Source: Gaiellales bacterium (lineage in GTDB: Bacteria > Actinomycetota > Thermoleophilia > RBG-16-64-13). Taken from it: 63,010 nt of DNA. The notes under the pieces were generated by a model, which ran no database searches, was not told where the DNA came from, and saw only the letters and a list, made by a program, of their open reading frames with translations. Position numbers and translations under genes: made by a program. This document shows positions 57,605-63,010 of this stretch, in pieces (positions within the stretch are counted from its first letter, which is position 1; the number at the start of each line of letters is the position of its first letter). The stretch lies in contig JAAYAL010000081.1 in NCBI GenBank assembly GCA_012719395.1, positions 1-63,010 on the forward strand, in the 5' to 3' direction.

Positions 57605-57976
57605 TCAGCGAAAGCGGATGCGGTCACCCCGGTTGTAGGTGTTGGAGCGATCGAGGCGGGCGAGGTGCTTCTCCTCCAACCGCTCCAGCGCTTCCTCCGG
57701 CTTCTCTTCGGATTCCGCCACCGTCTCCACCACCTCAAAGTGGAATGATTCCTTGCCGTGCGCCATGAAGTCCTCCTGCAACTCCGGGTTGTTGAAGGAG
57801 AACGATCCGAGCTCCAATTCGAACTGGATTCGGCGCAATGGTCTGTCCGCGTCCAGGCAGGAGCCCAGGAACACCCTGCCGTTTGTGGTGTTGGTGATGG
57901 TGAACACCCCGGCCGTCTGCTTCCGGTTCTTGAACTCCTCCTTCAGGCGTTTCTTGTCTTCGTTCGTCGGTTCCAT
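57605..57976 (-). CDS. GIY-YIG nuclease-domain protein
   Basis: GVFTITNTTNGRVFLGS fits the GIY-x(9-11)-YIG core, with a downstream conserved Arg and Glu (..RRIQFELE..). Locally lower GC than its surroundings. Confidence 0.6.
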   Translation of the reverse strand: MEPTNEDKKRLKEEFKNRKQTAGVFTITNTTNGRVFLGSCLDADRPLRRIQFELELGSFSFNNPELQEDFMAHGKESFHFEVVETVAESEEKPEEALERLEEKHLARLDRSNTYNRGDRIRFR

Positions 57977-58081
57977 CTCGCCCTTTCGATAGTGTTTCGA
58001 CGATCCTCAGCGTGCACGATAGCGCGACCTGCCTATAATGGGGGCGCTGGTCTGGCCGCGTGCGCCGCAGGGATGGTGCTT

Positions 58082-59845
58082 ATGCCGAAGAAGATCCTGA
58101 CCGAGTCTCACGAGGCACTGCTGGCCGAGGAGCGTCAGCTGCTGGGAGAGCTTCAGGTCATCCTGGCACGTCATGACGCGGCGCGGGAAGACCAGACAAC
58201 GCTGGAGCGCTCTATTCGCCGGCTGGATGAATTGTTCCTGCTGGTGGTGGCGGGCGAGTTCAACTCGGGCAAGAGCGCCTTCATCAACGCCTTGCTGGGC
58301 AGTCGCCTACTGGAAGAAGGTGTCACTCCCACCACCAGCCGCATCCACCTCCTGGGGTACGGGGAGACATCGACCGTCGAGGTTGGAGCGGATGGTGTGC
58401 AGCGGGTCAAGGCCCCAGTGGATCTGCTGCGCGAGGTGGAGATCGTCGATACCCCCGGCACCAATGCCTTGGACCGTGAGCATGAGGCTATCACCCAGCA
58501 GTACATCCCCCGCTCCGACCTGGTGCTCTTCGTCACTTCCGCGGATCGCACCTTCACCGAGAGCGAGCGCGCGTTCATTGAGCAGATACGCAGCTGGGGC
58601 AAGAAACTGGTCTTCGTGGTCAACAAGGTGGACATCCTCCGCTCAGAGGGGGAGCGCGAACAGATCGAGCGTTTCGTGATCGAGAGCGCCCAGCGGCTGC
58701 TGGGCTTCTCGCCCAGCGTGTTCTCCCTCTCCGCGCGGGAGGCGTTGGAGGCCAAGCTGGCGGGGGAGGACGGTGGCGAGTTGCTGGAGAAGAGCCGCTT
58801 CCCCGCCCTCGAGGGATACCTGGTGGACACACTGGACGATGCGGAGCGGGTGCGCCTCAAGCTGCTCAACCCCTTGGGCGTGGCGCTCAATCTGGTTGAC
58901 TCCTACCAGACGGCCGTGCAGGGGAGACTGGACATCCTGGTGGACGACTTCTCCGCTCTGGATGGGATCGAGCACCAGCTGGATCTATACAAGGAGGATC
59001 TGGGGCGCGAATTCCGCTTTCGCCTCTCGGATGTGGACAACGTTCTGCATGAGTTGGAAGAGCGCGGCCAGGAATTTCTGGACGACACCGTCCGCTTGGG
59101 GCGCATCTTCGACCTGGCCCGCAAGACGCGCGTCAAGGAGGAGTTCGAGCGCAAGGTGGTGCTCGACGCACCGGAGGAGATTGAGCAGAAGGTGGGTCAG
59201 ATCATCGATTGGATGGTGAGTGCCGAGCTACGGCAATGGCAGGCGCTGAGCCGGCACGTGGCCGAGCGGCAGGCGCATCATGCCGACAGGGTCATGGGCA
59301 CCATAGGGACCTTCGATCAGGACCGCCGTCAACTGCTGGATACGCTGGGGCGGGCGGCGCAGCGCACGGTGGAGACATATGATCCGGAGGCGGAGGCGGA
59401 TCGCTTGGCCGATTCGGTGCAGAACTCCGTGGCCGGATTGGCGGTCATCGAGGTGGGGGCCATCGGTCTGGGTGCGCTTGTGGCGGCACTTGCCACGACC
59501 ACGCTGGTGGATGTGACGGGGATACTCGCCGCCAGCTTCGTGGCGGTGATGGGGCTCTTTGTCATCCCGGCACGCCGCGCCAAGGCCAAGGGGGAGCTGG
59601 CGCAGAAGATCGCGGAACTGCGCACCCGCCTGATGGGAGCCCTGATTGAGCAGTTCGAGCAGGAGAGTCAGCGCAGCCTGCTGCGCATCCGCGAGGCCGT
59701 GGCTCCCTACACGCGTTTCGTACGTGCCGAACGAGAGCGACTCCAGAACATGCGCGATCAGGTGCAGGAGGTGTCGATGCGTCTCGGCGCCTTGCGCCGT
59801 CGGTTGGAGGGAGGCGATGTCGGCTCCGGGGGGCCGACGGCCTGA
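58082..59845 (+). CDS. bacterial dynamin-like GTPase with C-terminal membrane hairpin
   Basis: P-loop GEFNSGKSAFINALLG, DTPG, and NKVD; long helical stalk; hydrophobic paddle (LAVIEVGAIGLGALVAALATTTLVDVTGILAASFVAVMGLFVI). RBS AGGGATGG; TATAAT at 58035-58040. Confidence 0.75.
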   Translation: MPKKILTESHEALLAEERQLLGELQVILARHDAAREDQTTLERSIRRLDELFLLVVAGEFNSGKSAFINALLGSRLLEEGVTPTTSRIHLLGYGETSTVEVGADGVQRVKAPVDLLREVEIVDTPGTNALDREHEAITQQYIPRSDLVLFVTSADRTFTESERAFIEQIRSWGKKLVFVVNKVDILRSEGEREQIERFVIESAQRLLGFSPSVFSLSAREALEAKLAGEDGGELLEKSRFPALEGYLVDTLDDAERVRLKLLNPLGVALNLVDSYQTAVQGRLDILVDDFSALDGIEHQLDLYKEDLGREFRFRLSDVDNVLHELEERGQEFLDDTVRLGRIFDLARKTRVKEEFERKVVLDAPEEIEQKVGQIIDWMVSAELRQWQALSRHVAERQAHHADRVMGTIGTFDQDRRQLLDTLGRAAQRTVETYDPEAEADRLADSVQNSVAGLAVIEVGAIGLGALVAALATTTLVDVTGILAASFVAVMGLFVIPARRAKAKGELAQKIAELRTRLMGALIEQFEQESQRSLLRIREAVAPYTRFVRAERERLQNMRDQVQEVSMRLGALRRRLEGGDVGSGGPTA

Positions 59846-59853
59846 GGCTGGCT

Positions 59854-60825
59854 GTGGACGCTATCAGCACACGGGGGCTCAGCAAGTACTACGGAAAGAC
59901 CCGCGGCGTGGAGGACGTGTCACTCTCCGTACCGGGGGGTGCCGTCTACGGATTCCTTGGTCCCAACGGATCGGGCAAGACCACCACTATTCGCTGTCTG
60001 CTCGGCATGCTGAGGCCCACGGCGGGCGAGGCGACCGTCTTGGGGCATCAGGTGACGCTCGATGGCGCGGAGTTGCGGCGACGAGTAGGGTACGTGGCGG
60101 GTGAGGTCCATCTCTACGAACGGGAAACGGGGCGTTGGCATCTGGACTACGTTGCCGGGTTCCGCGGGGGGAGGGGTACTCTCACCGACGATCTTGTTGA
60201 ACGTTTCGACTTCGATCCTTCCAAGAGGGTGAAGGAGCTCTCCAAGGGCAACAAGCAGAAGCTGGCGCTCATCCTGGGCATGGCGCACGATCCGGAACTG
60301 CTGATCCTTGACGAACCCACCAGCGGCCTTGACCCACTCAATCAGGAAGCGGTGTACGGGGTGATCGACGAGCGCATCGCCGCCGGCCGCACGGTCTTCC
60401 TGTCCAGCCATGTCCTGTCCGAGGTGGAGCGGGTATGCGAGAGGGTGGGGATTGTCCGCTCCGGCCACCTGGTGGCCGAGGAGAACGTACGGGACCTCTT
60501 GGGCAAGCGGCTGCGCCAAGTGGAGGTGCGGTTCGCCGAGACTGTGGCGCCCTCCTTCCTGGCGGACCTGCCGGGGGTGGACAGCGTGACGGCACTGAGC
60601 GAGGTGGTGCTGGCGGCGCGGGTCAAGGGCGGTGCCATCGATATGGTGCTGAAGCGCCTGGCCGGGCGCGCGGTTACCGATATCACCATAGAGCAGGCAG
60701 GCTTGGAGGACGTCTTCCTGGAGTTCTATCGGGGCGATGAGCCTGCCAATCCACCCGCGCCCGTGGCCGGAGAAGGGAGCGAGGGACCCGGCAGTGTGAC
60801 TTCCCACCGGGGGGGTGCGCTGTGA
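59854..60825 (+). CDS. ABC transporter ATP-binding protein (ABC-2 type)
   Basis: GPNGSGKTTT, LSKGNKQKL and LLILDEPTSGLD. GTG start 8 nt after the dynamin stop. Confidence 0.85.
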   Translation: MDAISTRGLSKYYGKTRGVEDVSLSVPGGAVYGFLGPNGSGKTTTIRCLLGMLRPTAGEATVLGHQVTLDGAELRRRVGYVAGEVHLYERETGRWHLDYVAGFRGGRGTLTDDLVERFDFDPSKRVKELSKGNKQKLALILGMAHDPELLILDEPTSGLDPLNQEAVYGVIDERIAAGRTVFLSSHVLSEVERVCERVGIVRSGHLVAEENVRDLLGKRLRQVEVRFAETVAPSFLADLPGVDSVTALSEVVLAARVKGGAIDMVLKRLAGRAVTDITIEQAGLEDVFLEFYRGDEPANPPAPVAGEGSEGPGSVTSHRGGAL

Positions 60826-61619
60826 GTTGGACGTTGCTCCGCGGCACGCTGCACCAGCGACGCGCATCCATCTTCTGGTTCTGCATCGGCCTGGTTCTCT
60901 ACTCTTGGCTCATGACGTGGTTCTATCCCAAGATCGGCGGGGGCCGGTATGCGGAGATGATCCAGAGCCTGCCGCCGGAGGTGCTTGTCATCTTCGGGGG
61001 GACGGAGGTGCCGTTTGCGTCCTTGGGGGGGTACTTCCAGACCGAGTACCTCGGCCTCATGTGGATGATCATCGTGGCGGCGGCGGTCGTGTTGTTCGCC
61101 GGGCGGGCGTTCTCCGGTGAAGTTGGCGCCGGGACCATGGAGCTACTGCTGGCGCAGCCCATCTCACGTCTGCAGCTGGCCCTCACGCGGGTGGCGGCCT
61201 TCGTGGGCTACACCGTGGTGCTGTCCGCAGCTTCCTTCGTGCCCATCCAGGCTTTCGGCCCCGCCTACGGTATTGAGCTTGGCGCGAAGACCTTCTGGAC
61301 GCTGTTCGCTTTCGGCACACTCTTCATGCTGGCTGTGGGTGGTTTGGCCATGCTGCTGAGCGCGGTGTTTCGTGACAGCGGCAGGCCCAGTGGGATCGCA
61401 GCCGGCCTGCTTGTAGTGTTTTGGATCGCCGACTTGGTCTCGAGCGTCTCGAAGGCAGCCCGTTTCTTCGATCCCATCAACCTTGTCTCCTACTGGCAGC
61501 CGGGCAAGATCATCAATGGGGAGTCCATTTCGCCGCGGGCCTGGTGGATCTACGGGTTGGTGGGAGCCTTGTCGTTGGCGGCAGCGGTGGTGCTGTTCCG
61601 GCGTCGGGACGTGGCCTGA
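60822..61619 (+). CDS. ABC-2 family transporter permease
   Basis: GTG overlapping the upstream stop (GTGA). Six predicted TM helices. Confidence 0.7.
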   Translation: MSWTLLRGTLHQRRASIFWFCIGLVLYSWLMTWFYPKIGGGRYAEMIQSLPPEVLVIFGGTEVPFASLGGYFQTEYLGLMWMIIVAAAVVLFAGRAFSGEVGAGTMELLLAQPISRLQLALTRVAAFVGYTVVLSAASFVPIQAFGPAYGIELGAKTFWTLFAFGTLFMLAVGGLAMLLSAVFRDSGRPSGIAAGLLVVFWIADLVSSVSKAARFFDPINLVSYWQPGKIINGESISPRAWWIYGLVGALSLAAAVVLFRRRDVA

Positions 61620-61685
61620 TCGTGGTTGGATGGGCCGGCATTGGGACGGGAGTGGTGTCCCTGGGGCGCTGCGAGGAGTGGCATT

Positions 61686-61973
61686 ATGTCTGAGATCAAC
61701 ATGGCGCAGGCCCCGGATTTCGAGCCGGCTGATGCCGGTGGGATGCCTTTCGTGCTTTCCGCTCTCCGCGGGAGCAAGAACGTCCTCCTGGTACTCAATC
61801 GCGGGTTCGGCTGACCATACAGCCGCGCGCACCTGGCGCAGTTGCGCCACGACTCCCCGAGATATGAAGAGGCTCAGACCACGATTGTGGTGATCGGCCC
61901 GGTCCCCAGTGGCCGGGCCGCGCCTTCCGGATCGCCGGCGCCCGCCTCTTGGCCTACTTCCTCACCGGTGTAG
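61686..61973 (+). CDS. redoxin/AhpC-TSA-like ORF with in-frame TGA at the CxxC position (candidate selenoprotein; apparently 3'-truncated, possibly a pseudogene)
   Basis: MSEINMAQAPDFEPADAGGMPFVLSALRGSKNVLLVLNRGFG-[TGA 61812-61814]-PYSRAHLAQLRHDSPRYEEAQTTIVVIGPV... aligns with the Prx-like pattern ..VLVF.RG.WCPYCR..L..L...Y.EF...GAEVV.IS.D, with the TGA where the first Cys sits. GAGGAG RBS 9 nt before the ATG. Hairpin TGGCGCA-GT-TGCGCCA at 61834-61849 lies 20 nt after the TGA. The ORF ends after only about 95 codons, overlapping the SPFH gene. Confidence 0.4.
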
Positions 61974-62847
61974 TTGTGGTGACGGGTTTGGGCGCCACCG
62001 GCACCACGCCCGCCAGTTCGCCGATGACGTTGATCAGCTGCGTGTCACCCGGAACCACCACTTTGGCGTTCTGGGCGAGGGCACGTTCCACGGCCTCCAG
62101 CTTGCGCAGAATCTGCGCGTTGCCGACGAAGAACTTGTCGGCTGCCTCGTTGACCAGTTGAATGGCCTGGGCCTGGCCCTCAGCCTCCAGTATGCGCGCC
62201 TGCTTGGTGCCCTCTGCCTTCTTGATCTCGGCACGCCGCTGGCCGTCGGCCTGCGTCTCGACAGCCGTGGCGAAGTCTATAGCCGCCACCTTCTCGTTCT
62301 CGGCCTTGACCACTTTGTTCATGGTCTCCTGCACGTCCTCGGGCGGATCGATCTCCTTGAGTTCCGTACGCAAGATCTCGATGCCCCAGCTGGCGGTCTC
62401 GATGAGGAGGGTGCTGCGCAGTTCCTCGTTGATCTTGCCTCGTTCGCTGTTGGCCGATTTGAGCGTGAGCGTTCCGATGATGTTGCGGAGGGTGGTGCGG
62501 GCCAGGTTGACGATCTGGAACTGGTAGTTGGCCACGTTGTACTGCGAGGCCTTGACGCTCTCCTCATCCGCTTTGACCTTGAGGTAAACCTGGGCGTCCA
62601 CGCGGGCATTGAGGTTGTCGTTGGTGATGATCATCTGCGGTTGCGCTTCCACCATCATTTCGCGTATGTCCACCTGGAACATTCGCTCGATCACGGGGAT
62701 GATGAGGTGGAAACCCGGCAAGGCGTAACGGTTGTACTTCCCCAGACGTTCCACCAGCCCCCGGTGCGTGGGCCGGACGATCCTGATACCCGACGCGATG
62801 ATGGCCAGCACGAGGACCACAGCGACGAGAACGGCAATCGTAGTCAC
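61954..62847 (-). CDS. SPFH/band-7 (stomatin/prohibitin-like) membrane protein
   Basis: N-terminal TM (TTIAVLVAVVLVLAIIASGIRIV), then an SPFH core (...LERLGKYNRYALPGFHLIIPVIERMFQVDIREM...) and a coiled-coil tail. GTG start at 62847 with a GGCGGAG RBS; the longer ORF to 62964 is possible. Confidence 0.75.
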   Translation of the reverse strand: MTTIAVLVAVVLVLAIIASGIRIVRPTHRGLVERLGKYNRYALPGFHLIIPVIERMFQVDIREMMVEAQPQMIITNDNLNARVDAQVYLKVKADEESVKASQYNVANYQFQIVNLARTTLRNIIGTLTLKSANSERGKINEELRSTLLIETASWGIEILRTELKEIDPPEDVQETMNKVVKAENEKVAAIDFATAVETQADGQRRAEIKKAEGTKQARILEAEGQAQAIQLVNEAADKFFVGNAQILRKLEAVERALAQNAKVVVPGDTQLINVIGELAGVVPVAPKPVTTTTPVRK

Positions 62848-62884
62848 AGACTCCGCCTTTCTGCCGGCAAACCGGCTTCGCACC

Positions 62885-63010
62885 CTAGTGTCCTGCGTTG
62901 TTAATCCGTTGGCAATAGGAGGCCAGCCCCTCCAGGATCTGATCAGCGGTCTTGTGCCAGACATAGGGCCGGGGGTTGTCGTTCCAGTGGGCGATCCAGG
63001 TACGGATGGA
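62885..63010 (-). mobile_element. IS630-family transposase, C-terminal fragment (remainder outside window)
   Basis: Minus-strand translation ...SIRTWIAHWNDNPRPYVWHKTADQILEGLASYCQRINNAGH* matches the conserved C-terminal N.NPKPF.WTKTAD.IL tail of IS630/Tc1-mariner-type bacterial transposases. The window ends inside the gene. Confidence 0.45.

Noticed and set aside
61164-61850. 228-aa minus-strand ORF across the permease end and the redoxin start
   Set aside because: Antisense to a clearly coding ABC-2 permease; no motifs.
1-63010. CRISPR arrays, tRNA/rRNA genes, integrase/att sites
   Set aside because: No regularly spaced direct repeats, no cloverleaf-like conserved tRNA segments, and no rRNA-like stretches were seen. 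The only mobile-element signal is the IS630 fragment at the 3' edge.

Overview
This is a high-GC (about 65-68%) bacterial chromosomal window, densely coding on both strands, with roughly 50 genes and many overlapping start/stop junctions. Long antisense 'shadow' ORFs in the six-frame track are an expected artefact of the GC bias. SLH-domain, GerMN-domain, DegV, PlsY and CssRS/HtrA-like genes point to a high-GC, Gram-positive-type (Firmicutes-like) organism; I cannot confirm the taxon from sequence alone.

Genes recognised, in order along the window:
- the 3' end of an ABC-2 transporter (ATPase + permease);
- a DUF362 / 4Fe-4S ferredoxin fusion;
- an orphan carB (no adjacent carA);
- a TetR regulator translationally coupled to a 1487-aa fused CoA-substrate-specific enzyme activase (two BadF/BcrA-type ATPase domains + DUF2229);
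- a P-type cation ATPase;
- an opine-dehydrogenase-like gene;
- a 1402-aa alpha-2-macroglobulin with an intact CGEQ thioester;
- two uracil/mismatch DNA glycosylases (Mug and UDG family 4);
- an OmpR-type two-component pair divergent from an HtrA protease;
- rsgA;
- an alpha/beta-hydrolase lipoprotein;
- two DegV paralogs, one overlapping plsY;
- a beta-carbonic anhydrase;
- VanW;
- an RRM glycine-rich RNA-binding protein;
- trkA-trkH;
- a CAP/PR-1 + SLH cell-wall protein;
- cyclophilin;
- a GerMN lipoprotein;
- an RCK-gated K+ channel;
- a MarR regulator with two ABC exporter genes;
- a CDP-alcohol phosphatidyltransferase / NMNAT-like / isochorismatase-like operon;
- two tandem beta-helix lipoproteins that resemble the Cthe_2159 carbohydrate-binding family;
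- a promoter-leader-terminator element ahead of gctA/gctB-like CoA-transferase genes and a PPi-dependent phosphofructokinase;
- a GIY-YIG protein;
- a membrane-anchored dynamin-like GTPase followed by ABC-2 transporter genes;
- a short redoxin-like ORF with an in-frame TGA at the CxxC cysteine position (candidate selenoprotein, apparently 3'-truncated);
- an SPFH/band-7 protein;
- the 3' end of an IS630-family transposase at the window edge.

No rRNA, tRNA or CRISPR arrays were seen.

The observations I consider most worth follow-up are the candidate Sec-redoxin next to the dynamin/ABC/SPFH cluster and IS element, the TetR-controlled giant orphan activase, and the leader/terminator element upstream of the CoA-transferase/PPi-PFK genes.
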